Part shown: in pieces, positions 37,461 through 49,919 of the stretch
Position numbering within the stretch: the stretch's first letter is position 1
How the letters are laid out: each line of letters begins with the position of its first letter
Source of the DNA: the human T2T-CHM13v2.0 reference genome, Homo sapiens
Assembly: GCF_009914755.1 (NCBI RefSeq)
Contig: NC_060929.1
Length of the DNA: 64,000 nt
Direction: 5' to 3' (one strand)
Notes under the pieces: model-generated
Told to the model about the DNA's origin: nothing
Seen by the model: the letters and a program-made list of their open reading frames with translations, nothing else
Database searches by the model: none
Position numbers and translations under genes: made by a program

Positions 37461-40400
37461 AACAAACAACAGGAGTGTGCCCCATGGTTCTTAGTCTGTA
37501 AAGATTCTTTGTGAGGGAGACACTGAGCTGCTGTGGATGTCCTGGGGGGGACCCTGTGACACCAGCCCAGGCACTTCAGGGGCCATCTGATGGCTCTGAA
37601 GGGCACGGGCAGAGAAACCCAAGAAGGGGTCGCCAGAACGTGGGCTTTCTTTCACCTTCTTTGGGGGAGCGGCCATCTCCCCGTCAGATGGCCAAGGACC
37701 AGCCCGGAGGGGAACAAAGCCAGGAGGGTAATTTAAAGGTACCCTTGTCTTACCCCCTCCAGGGGTAGCCCCTACTATTGTACTGAGCTCCCCACCCCGT
37801 TTTCTACCAGGATCCATCAATCATAAATATGCACGAATAACTGAGGCCCAAATCCTTTCCCATTTCTTCAGTGGGGCTCCCCAGCACTCGGGACAAGAAG
37901 GAAATTTGGAGGCAGGAACTCAGAGGAATCGGGCAGAACTCACGTTTCCAACTGTGCAAGACAACTCCCTGGAACTCACAGCAGCCATCATAATTATCGC
38001 TTGCAGAAGGGGTCTTATCACATAACAGCTTTCTCACTCCTCAGGGGGCAGGGGGTGGGGCCCAGTCTCAACCGCAGGGACTTGTGTCTTCATTCATTAT
38101 TTCCCAAACAAGTCAGTAGAAAATTGAGGTTTCTGAGCAATTTGCAGATTAATAACCACTGGAGATGTGGGTCCATATAACCTCACCGAGCGAAAAAGTG
38201 AGACCCTCCCCTCTCTCCTTCTCTTGAATAAGGACCTACAGTAGATATCTTGAGAAGCAAAAAAAGAGAAAAGCAGAAACGTAAGTAACCTTTCCTTTCC
38301 AGCATAGCAACTCTACTTGCAGCCCCACCGCCCAGCAACTCCTGGATTAATCTTTCTTTCTTTCTTTTCTTTTTTCCTTTTTCTACTCAATGGATTGTGG
38401 TCAAGGCCATTGTAACGTGAGCAGTGCCTCGGAGGGGATTGGCCGAGGGGGCTGTGAGGGGCCCCTTTCACAGAGGGCTAATTGCGTTTCAGACCACCAG
38501 TATTCGGGAGCTACAGATGTCTTCCTTCATTTGCCTAGGCAGTACAATTGGACCCATCTGTTGCATTTATTCCGCTGGCTCCCCTGCCCGCCCCCTGCCC
38601 ACCCCCCCACCGCCTTGCCCCCGTACCCTCCCTTCCCTTGTCTGCTAAGCCTAAATTGAAAACTCATCAAAATGTAATCCAAGAGCAGTTTGGCTGCCGA
38701 GCTGCTGAGAAGGGGCTCGGTGGGAATAAAGGCCCCCCGCCACTTTTACACACGGGCCAGAGCCCGGGGAGCCGGGTCACAGGCAGCCTTAGGGGGGAAA
38801 GTGAGAAGTTAGCCGGCAGATGGGCTGCTCCACGCGGCCCTATAACCTGATGCCTCCGAAGAGGGGCCCTAGCAACGAGCTGGCCTAGTCTGGAGGACGC
38901 CGCTGCCCTGGAGGTGGCGACCCCACCTCGAAGGCCTCGCCCCTGGCCCGAGATTTCAAACAGGGCTGGGGCCAGGGCTCATCACTCTCTGACCCCCATC
39001 TGCCCTCTCTAGCTCAAAGGGATTTCCAAGGCAGAGAGGGCAGGGACGGCTTGGCCTTGCAAGGGTTGGGGAATATGGCACTCGGGAAGGCCGTCTGCCT
39101 GGCCTGGGGTGCCCCCCTCCTGCACTGCCCAGGCCTGCCCTCTGTCCACTCCTCCCTGGCTGCTGCCTCACTGCAGGCTCACACCCTTTCCTGCACCTCC
39201 TCCCCTTTCTCCCATGCAGGCCATGAACTCTAGAAGGTAGGGTAGTGCTGCTGGCACCTTTGCGTTGCCCCACACTCTGAGTCTGGTTGTGGGGCTGGCT
39301 TTGGGGCTCTGCTCTTGCCATCAATACAAGCCCTGGCTGCAGTCTCTTTTGGGGGCCCCTTTCTGACACCTGCCCCAGTGTGGGCCTGGAATGGGCCTGT
39401 CAACGCCCAGAAGAGCAGATGGCTGCACCTTCCTACTTGTCTGCAGATGACTTCTGGGAAAGGGCAGGCTTCCAGCGATCATGATGTTTTAGGATCAATA
39501 GGCTTGAAGGAACAGCTATGGTTAAGATTTCATTGAATTGGGTGCCTGTGAGGGCTTTAACACCTCCTTGTTGCTGAAATGTTGTGAATGTGGGTTTTTT
39601 TGTTTTTTGGGTTTTTTTTACTTCTTTTTACTGAAATCTACAGTTAAAAAAATTCATAGCAGCTCAATATAAACACACACACACACACACAAAATGAAAG
39701 CAAAAGATGCATTAACTAATACTTCCTCTCACTCTATGCGATGTCTTCTGATATTTTCTATTCTGATATTCCATTTCATTTCATTCAATTGTTTAAAATG
39801 CTGATCATCTTGATCTGCGAAATTGCTTTCACAATCTACAGAAACAGCCGTTCTCAACACCCACAGGCATCAGAACCCAACCTTGAAATGCATAAAAGAG
39901 CAGGCTCCTGGGCTATCTCAGAAAGTTGGGATAAGTGGTGGCGGGGTGAGGCACAGAAAAAGGCATTTGTGACAGTCCTCTCCACCCCTTTAGGGGATTC
40001 TGTTGCACTTTGAGAAACGCTGCTGCTTCCAATGTGCTCGGTGGTCTCAAGCCCATAGTCTGAGCTGGAAACAACAATAGGTTGACCATGGTGGTCAGCT
40101 CAAGGTGGGGCGTTCCCAGGTCGCCTCCTCCCCTCTACCTCCCCACCATCCTTAATTAAATCCTCACCCAGTGAGAGTGTGGATGTCAGGCCTGGCTTGG
40201 CTGGCTTTTAATTGAAGTGTTAATTTGCTGCTGCAGAGAGTAAGGGCTCTGCAGTTCTGGAGGCTTCATTTGCTGCCATCCTAAGCTGATTAGCTTTGTG
40301 GGGGTGGCTGGTGGTGGTGGGGGGAGTGGTACAAGCCACCAGCAGGGGAGCTAGCTGGGCCAGAATCAGGCCTTGGAGCTGCCTTTGCGGACAGAGGGCG

Positions 40401-41499
40401 GGCCAGGGCCAAAACCTTCTGCACCTGCCTCATTCTGCCCACCAGCCGCCAGGCAAACACCTGCTCAATGGGCCTCCAAGGCATTGACCTGGTTTTTGCA
40501 CCCCCTCCCTTCCATCTTGATGATAAAGAGCCACCTTTATCCTGTGACTCTTCTGCTCACACACCGTTGTCTAAAGAGGAACAATCAGCTCCTCAACTTG
40601 ATGCTCAAGGACCCCCAGGAGTGGCTCCAAGAGCACCTTCTGGGGCTCCCCTCTTCCACCCTCCCTTCATCCTAGCCAGGCCAGGCTGTTTCCTATCCCC
40701 ATTTGCACTGTGTCTCCCCTGCCAGTCCCAGCCCTTTGTTCTGATGTGCCTCCACCTGGAATGCCCTTGCTGAATTGTGCCAGTCATGAACCTGGCTTTG
40801 ACTTCAAGAACAGCAGAATCCTAGTGCTCCTATGATGGCTTCTCTCTCTCTCTCTGTGTGTGTGTCTGTCTGTCTCTTAGCTTTGCTCCCTCTGTTCTGG
40901 TTTTGTGCTCATATGAAGGCAAGATAGTATCATCCATTCCAGACTTACATCCTATGAGCTAAACAACCCCAGCAAAAAGAGAGTGTGGATTTCTCATTAG
41001 TTCTAGCAAACATCCTGAAATAGAGTCTAATTGCTCAGCTTGAGTCTCTTATACATTCAACCTAGCATACATGTAAGGACACACTTGTCGGATATTTTCT
41101 TAGAAGTGAAATGGTGGGCTTCAGGGAATGGTCATTTCTTGCGTATCCAATATTCTCTGTCAACACTTCTGCATCATGGAAGCCAGTGAGGTCTGTATGG
41201 CCCCATGAGGTGCACAGTTGTCTGGGTGTCTAGGATAAGCTCTGGAAGAACCTCATGCATGGGTTCTCAAGGATCCTAGATTTGACACTGTGCCTTTGTT
41301 AACGTTTGCTTAAATCTTGTGTCTCTTAGTGCATTAATAGGCAATTGAAATAGCAGCTCCCTTGCCAGGTGGCATTTTTGGTTGGCATTTAGGATGAGAC
41401 TGGCCCACCCTGACCACCGGAGTTCAGAGCCAGCAGATTGCTTAGCTAGTGTGTGATTTAAGAGGTGTGCATGGGTGTTTCTCTTGAGATGTTTCATGG

Positions 41500-41720
41500 T
41501 AACGATAATAATGGCTAACATTTATCAAACACATACCATGTGCCAGGCACTGTGCATTAGTCCTCACAACAACCCTATGAGGTGGATACCATTATTATCC
41601 CCAATTTACACATGAGAAAATGGAGGCACAGGGAGATAAAGCAGCTTGCCCAGGGTCACCTAGCTAGGAAGCAAAGATGGGTCAGCTCCCGGGTCTAGGT
41701 GTGTAATCACTTTGCAATGT
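41500..41720 (-). mobile_element. MIR SINE
   Basis: ATAATGGCTAACATTTAT...TCCTCACAACAACCCTATGAGGT...CTTGCCCAGGGTCACCTAGCTAG. Confidence 0.8.
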
Positions 41721-42164
41721 AAAAACAGCAGCGGCAACAATGATAGCAACTGTGTTGCCTCTCAATAGTTCCAACCTTTGGTTTGATGTGAGAATTACTG
41801 CAGTCTTACTTGGTGTTCTCCTCTTGGCTTTGTAGTGGGGTAGCTTCTTGGCAGCTTGTGGCAGGAACAATGCAGATATCTACCCAGTGCAGGCTTTCAC
41901 ATTTCTCACGGTGCCCAAGTGGCTTCAAGGAGAAGCACTGACTCCTGCCCTGGCAGTCAGCACCTGGACCCAACACCATCTGACTTTACATCAACTTTAT
42001 ATTACATCACTCTCCCACTTTCCAACCATAGCACTTTCTTACTGGTCCCCAAACATGATACCCGTCGGTATCCTTAAAAAATAGAGCACAAAAACTTAAG
42101 TACTAACATTTTATTGGAAGTTCAACCCCAGGAAGGCAGAAGTAATGGAAAAGAGGGGTGAGAG

Positions 42165-42619
<455 letters not shown>

Positions 42620-42999
42620 TCAAGAGATCATGCTGGAAGGATGGGCAAGTCATAAACCATGTGGCTCATGAACCTCAAAAAGGAACTTGGGCTTTATCTC
42701 CAAGTGCAGTGGGGAGCCACTGGCACGTTAGGAAGTCAAATCTGCAAAAGGAGATGAGTGGAGAGAGGAAGTGAGAGGAGAGGAGGAGGCCTCCCAGGCT
42801 GCTGGGCTGGCGACGGGAGTGGAGGAGGAACAGGCTGGAGGGTGGAGAGGAGAAACAGGCTGGAGTGTGGGGAGGATCAGGTCATTTTGTCAAGTTCGAG
42901 GAAGTTGACTAAGGGTGGAGAGGGCATTTGGGGTGGAGGAATGTCTGAGGGAGTGAAGGTGGAAGAATTGGACAGAGAGAAGGCTGGAAACTGAGTCTG

Positions 43000-43460
43000 G
43001 GGTGTGTGTGTGTTTGTGGGGGTGTGTGAGAGTGCATGAGTGTGTAGGCATGAGGGTGTGTGTGCTTGTGGGGTGTGAGTGTGCAGACACGCGTGTGTGT
43101 GCTTGTGTGGTGAATGTGGACATGAGTGTGTGTGCTTGTGGGGTGTAAGTGTGTGGACATGAGTGTGTGTTTGTGGGGTATGAGTGTGCAGGCATGAGTG
43201 TGTGTGAATGCTTGTGTGGACATGAGTGTGTGTGCTTGTGGGTGTGAGTGTGTGAGTGCTTGTGGGGTGTGTGTGGACATGAGTGTGTGTTTGCGTTTGT
43301 AGGGTATGAGTGTGTGGACATGAGTGTGGGTGCTTGTGGGGTGTGAGTGTGTGGACATGAGTGTGTGTTTGTGGGTGTGAGTGTGTGAGTGCTTGCGGGG
43401 TGTGTGTGGACATGAGTGTGTGTGTGCTTGTGGGGTGTGAGAGTGTGTGAATGTGTGTGA
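43000..43460. repeat. TG-rich degenerate minisatellite
   Basis: The anchor GGACATGAG recurs at 43118, 43155, 43218, 43275, 43316, 43353 and 43408, with interspersed GCTTGTGGGG units. Confidence 0.92.
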
Positions 43461-45266
43461 AGCTTGAGGAGGTGGATGATGACCACATCTGGAGTGTGGC
43501 TATAAGAACAGTTCGAGCGGTAAGAGTTCACTGGAGTCACTTGGGGCCTGCAATTGTGATCAGCTCTTCAGGGTGAGAACTGGTTGTCTGATCAGATACT
43601 GAGATCTTCAGAGGCAAGGCCGGGTGGAGGGGAAGACTGCCTAGGTCAATGTGGCTGTTACTATCATCACTGTCATCATCTCTGCTCAGCTGTGGGAGGG
43701 GAGGGGGGTGCTGGGATGTGGCATCTGGTGGCTTAGAGAGCTATTGCTTCACGTGTTTGTTCCTGGATGTGGAAACGCATCCCGGATAGATCAAGGACAG
43801 GAGCTGGGCCCGAGCCAGGCCTCAGGCAAGAACTGTGGGTCAAGGTGCCAGTGCCTGCGGTCCGGTGGGGTATATAACAGTAGCTAGGAAACCAGGCAGG
43901 CCTCTGCCCAATGGAAATCTCCCTGCATGGAGGGCCAGGCACTGGGGCCTGGTCTCCTAGTGCCCCAGGGATAATAAGGACTTCAGAAAGGACAGCCCCG
44001 ACTCAGGGCTCAAAGAGGCTTTAGTTCCTTGTTTGGCGGCTTAAAAAAGGCAAACAGAAGCTTTTCTCCTTTGGGGATCAATGTGAATCCCAGAAAATCC
44101 CATTATTTCCCTTTGAGATCAGTGGCCTGCTCTTGAGGGCTTTCTCTTCCCCAAGGCAACAAGCCCTCTCCTCACCCTGTGTGAGCATCCTGTCCCTGCG
44201 TGGCCCCTTAGGTGAGGGGGTGGGAACGGGGCACAGGTGAGCCCCAGCTTGCTTACAGCTGTTTCCTCACCCCCTAGTCCACCCTGATCTCTCCGCAGCC
44301 CTAGGAGCAGGGAGTTGTATGTAGAGGTGAGATGGGGTGGGGGACAAAGCCACTAGAAAAATGTTTTTCCATTTCTCCTTTTCTAGGAAGTCATTTTTGA
44401 CCTCAGAAAATGCCTGAGAGGTCCTGCTTCTCTAGGCTGCTGCCTCATTTGGGGTCTGCATCTGGGTTGCCACTTCCCACCAGGATTCTCAGCAGGTGGG
44501 ATGCATATCATCATGGGAGGATGTGCATGATGGTGGAAGATGACATTTATTGAGCCTTTACTCTGGTACCTGGCACTGGGCTAAGCTTCCTTAATGTGTT
44601 TAAGAACTCTATGAGGAGGGCATTATTATTATCCCCATTTTACAGAGGAGGAGACTGAGGCATGGACAGGCCAAGTCACTGACCAGGGATGTCCGTGGTA
44701 GGTGGCAGAGCCCTGCCTGGTTCAGAGGACATTGAGGAATTGGCCATGAACTGTCAGGCTTTCTAGGAAGTTGCCCCTTATTGGGCCCCTGTTTAGACAA
44801 AACAAAACAAAACAAAACAAAACAAAACACTCCAGTTTATTTTTTCCAAAAAAGAAAATCAATGGAGCATGCCTGACCACCTTCGACCACCATATTGACC
44901 ACCAACAGCCAGCCTCCTCCTTTCCGAAATCTTCATCCCAAACTCATCTATCCTGTGTGTGCTGAGCACTAAGCCAGGGCCCAGGGGAAGAGCAACCAAG
45001 CAGAGATCACTCCTTGCTATGTGCTGGGCCTGTGACAAATGCTTTCCAAAACCCCTGGCCTTCATAATCCTTACCATTTGGTGATCAGAGCTGACCCTGC
45101 TGGTCTGTGATGCAGTAATGAGGGGGGTGAGCCCCAAATGAGGAAATAGGGTCTCAAAGCAAGGGCCAATATCTTGCCTAGTAATGTGGAGTCTAGACAG
45201 GAACTAGGATTGTCTGACTTGGGAACTCACACTTTGATTCACTTAGGTCCCCACACAGCTTGATGA

Positions 45267-45580
<314 letters not shown>

Positions 45581-46412
45581 TTCTTGGAGTGACTTCTAAA
45601 TGGGTGAGATGTTGGCAACAAGTCCTTCTCTGTCACTTCTAATTCAGATGAATGTGGGCAGGGTGTACTGGGAAGCTCAGAAGCCCATGCACTCTGTTTC
45701 CTGGGCCCTATTTGACTCTGAGACACACACACACACAGAGGCACAAGGACACGCAGCCCTTACATGGGAGTCTTTTGGAGATGTGCTTTAATGCGTAGAG
45801 AAGAGTCTTTCATTAGCATTGAAATAGGTGCTCCAGAGAGCACTTGAAAGCTGTTTGCTCTTTCAAGTAGGCTAAAAGTCCCCAGCTCTCTGGAGCCTGC
45901 ACCGTGGCTGGCCTTACGCCTCTCCTGGAGGAGCCTGCTCCAGACTGGGATGTGGGGTTTTCAAGCCAGCTGCTCCTCTCACCATTCCCAGGAGCATTTT
46001 GCACATCCCAGCTGTGGGTTTTGATCCGGGGAATGTGAACAGAGGGGCCCTTGTGGAGCCCAGGCCTGGCCCAGCTCGTCCCTCCTGCAATTGTCCTACC
46101 CAGGGTGACCACCTCTCTCCCTCTGGGCTTCCCTTCACTCAGGCAGGACTGATCTGGCTTAAAGAGGCTGTGTCCCTGCTGGGCCTCTTGGCCTCTATGT
46201 CCCCCCCAGGTGGCCTCTGGGCAGACTGATGCCGGATTTGCACTCACTTAGCCTGGAGAAGAAGTTGGGGACCGATGGCCAGAGATCAAAGGTTAAGAGG
46301 GGTTAAGCCTTCACCCCAGAAGGTCACCCATCAGCCCTGAGACAAGTATCTCACAGGTATTTTCCTGAAACCTAGAGCAGAGTTAGGCCTTCAGGGAATG
46401 TTCATCTACTTA

Positions 46413-46729
46413 CAGTCATACGACTGAATGACAGGGATATGTTCAAGAAATGAATTGTTCAGTAAGTTTGTGGTTGTGCAGAATCATAGAGTGTACTTAC
46501 ACAAGCCTAGATGGTATATATGCTTTTATTTATATATTTTTATATGGAAAACCAAATGTCCAAGCACCATTACTGATAATCAGTCATCTCTCCTACTTGA
46601 TCTGCAATGTCAGTATCAAGTGCCATATGTCAGATTTCTATATGTGCTCCCTTATAATCTTATGGGACCACTGTCATATAAGTGTGGTCTATTGTTGACT
46701 GAAAAACGTTGTTGTGCAGTGCAAGACTG
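46413..46729. mobile_element. Tigger3-family (TcMar) MITE
   Basis: TA|CAGTCAT...GACTG|TA ends; interior ATCATAGAGTGTACTTACACAAGCCTAGATGGTATA and TATAATCTTATGGGACCAC. Confidence 0.8.
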
Positions 46730-49700
46730 TACTAAGGAAACACCATCCTCCCGGTATAGAAGGTCCATACCCCAGATTTTATGCAAGTCACTGCCTCCTA
46801 GGGTCTGTTTCCCCATCTTCCGAATAAGGAGTTTGGACTTGACTGATTGACAATCAGTGGCAGATACTTCATTATCTTGGTCAATTAGAGCCCTTAATAC
46901 ATTTCTGCTCTCAGGCAATGAGAGGAAATTAGTCTAGACAAGACAGATAAAAGGGAAAAGGATGGTTGGACTTGATCAGAATTCCTAAGGGAGGTTGTAA
47001 CATTGTTTTCCTGAGGATCTTGGTGATCAGAGCAGACCCTGCTGGTCTGTGATGGAGCAATGAGGAGGGTGAACCCCAAGCTGAGACTTAACCCCTTCCC
47101 ATCTGCCCACCTTCCTTTCCCCTTCCCAAGAGGCTATGGTGAGCAAATGGCTTTGATTCAGAGGGGCCTGATTCATCAAGCCTGATCCAAGCTCGAGGGT
47201 TCTGATTTGTCCTGAGCACACAGTAGAGTTCCATCCAGTGGGAATGGGTGGGATATTATCCTACCTGCCTGCCTCTCAGCCAGGGGCAGTGCTATAGTGC
47301 ACCAGTCACGATGGTGGCAACCCAGAGGTGTGCGCTTCATGCAGAATGGACACACCAAGTGTTGTGGACAGCTGCAAAAAGCACCACCAAGGCTACACCT
47401 TTGATGGGCATTGTGTGAGCAAGACCCGGTGGAGAAGGAAATTGAAGGGAAAGAAATTTCACAGGCTGAACTTTTCCCCCTGCAGGGGCTCTCTGTTCCC
47501 ATTCAGAGGAGTGCTCAAACTGTCTCTCCACGGCACTTGGGTCAAGGCCACAGGCTCTTCCAGGACTGTGGAGGAGTCCCATCTTGGTGGGTCAAAGGAA
47601 GGCAGCTGGTCTGGAGAAGGCACACCCGATGTTGACAAGGGGGCACTGAGGACCTGCTGGGGCTTCCTAGCATGGCTCTGGAGTCAGGAGGAATGTGGGT
47701 TAATCCCAGGCTCCATTTCTGGCTGTGAAGCTTGGACAGGCAACTTAACTTCTCTGTGGCTCCCCCCATCAGATCTACACACCGGGGTAATAATGGAGCG
47801 TCCGTGAGCAGGCACGTGAAAACACACAGAGAGCGCCAGCAGCGTAAGTGCTCAACAACTGATAAGCACACTACAAATAACAAGAAGAGGGTGCCAGGCA
47901 TTGAAAGAATACGATGTTCAAAGTGATTACTCCACTGTGAGTACTACCTGTTACTTTTTGTGGCCTTTGATCCAATCAACAGTCCCATGGAGGGGAACTG
48001 CTGCTGTCCCCATTCTACAGAGGAGCCCACTGAGGCTTGGAAGTGGGCTTGGGTTTGAGCCAAACCTTGGATTCAGAGCCCTATGCTTACCCTGACCTTA
48101 GGCCTTGGGCACGGTGCTCCATAAGGGCAGAAGGCTGTGCCTACCTTCATCCGTGAAGAAGGGTGGAGGGGCTGAAGGAACACCCATGTCCCTGGGAGAA
48201 AGAACTGGAGAGAGGTGAAAATGGAAGATTTTAAAGGCAGAAGTAGCTGTTGCTCTCATGGCTTGGCTCCTGGCTGCATACCTGACCAGGACACAGAGAG
48301 GGTTTTAGGACCTGCCAAGGCCCAGGGCACAAACCACAGAAAGTGGATCCAAATGTGTGGGCTCAGCAGCCTCCCTGATGGGGGCTTTTGAGACTGAGTG
48401 GGTGGGGGTGGGGCCCACGCTGTTCTCTCTCCCAGCAGGGATGGATGTGGCAATCAGGGACAGATGGCAGTGCCCTGAGAGGCAAATGGGAAGAGAGAAG
48501 AAACCACTGCCTCATTGGCAGGAGAAGGGTCAGCCTAGGAACAAAGCTCATGGAGAGAGATACTTCCCTCCTGGGCACTTCTATAATTGGGGGCCTTGCC
48601 CCACTTCTCCCCTGGAGCAGCCTGGGGACCCCAGTAAAGGTGGCACTGGCAGGACAGAGAGGACAAATGGGTCAGAGCTGCCCAGTTGTTGTGTGCAAGG
48701 GCTGGGGATGGCAGAGCTATCTCACCCTGGGGGACCTTAGACACGCCCTCTGTTCAGATCCCAACTGTGAAATGAAGCAGATGACAGTGCCCACCACAGG
48801 CAGCCTCAGGTCCAGGGATATTCAACTGGCATCACCTAGGTCAGGGTTGGAGTATTCCTGCCCACTTCTCCCCTCCACTCAGTACCCACTGAGCTTTCCA
48901 GGAATCTCACTGTCATTGTGGGGATATTGAGGCCCACGAAGGGGAAAATATTTTTCTTACTGTTAGATGGGGGAATGTCTATGGGAATATCTGAGGGCTC
49001 TGGACCCTAAATCAGGAGCTTTAATGAAGTGAATTGGCATTGGGTGGTGTGTGTGTGTGTGTGCATGTGTGTTGGGAAGCTCTGTTTGCCCTGGGAGGTT
49101 TGATGACAGGGAGAGGATGGATGACACTTGGCGTAGGCAATGCTGGGCACCGGGGTGGTCCTGAGCTTACAGCTAAAAGAAAAAAAAATTTCCGCTCGGC
49201 TTTGTGAGTTACTGAAAGCTGTCCCTAGAGGGAGAGTCTCCCCATTTCTCCAAGAGCCCTGTGGTAATCTCCTCAAAACTCAGGCACAGTCTCTGGGAAG
49301 CCCATCTCCGGAGCCCTGGACCCCTGCAGATGTGCCTATCTTCCCCTCCTTTCCCTCCCAGTGCCGCATCTTCTCGGAGGGTAGAAACTGGGTGAAAGGA
49401 AGGAGCCAGAGACAACAGGCGCTCCACAGCCTGTGACAGGTTGAGCGACAAGGCAACCCTGTTCTGCTTCCCACCTCAGCTGCACTAAATGGGGCTGCAC
49501 TGAGGGAATGGGGACCAAAGGCATTGCCAGTCTGCCCGAGAGGATGGGGATGGGGGTGAGGTGTGAGGAAGGGCCACGGACCCAAAGGACCAGCCACAGA
49601 ATAAACAAGGACCTTCAGCTTTGCACTGCATGGCCCTGAACCCCAAGTGAAGTTTACAAGGAAAACTCTAAGCCTTTAAAACATCTTCCTGAACATCACC

Positions 49701-49919
49701 CCACATGATACTAAAAATAAAATGCTTCCAGATCCCACATGGAATTAAATTTATATAGAACTATAGAAGCTAGTGGATTTAAACTTGACTAGTTAACAAT
49801 GTTATATTAGAGACATTTACTTCAATGCTTATGAATTTCGTTTTTGCCGTGTTTTGTTTGTTTTTAGAGCCAGTAATGTTTTCTCAAGTCTCAAACCTTT
49901 CTTTAGCCCCGGAGAAAAA

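Noticed and set aside
43000-43460. CRISPR-like periodicity of GGACATGAG
   Set aside because: The intervening sequences are low-complexity copies of one another rather than unique spacers, the context is eukaryotic, and there are no cas genes.
42877-43540. 203-aa and 216-aa His/Thr/Pro-rich ORFs
   Set aside because: The minisatellite lacks stops on the minus strand; not a gene.
48357-48930. 127-aa and 180-aa ORFs
   Set aside because: GC-rich chance ORFs with non-ATG starts and no recognisable homology.
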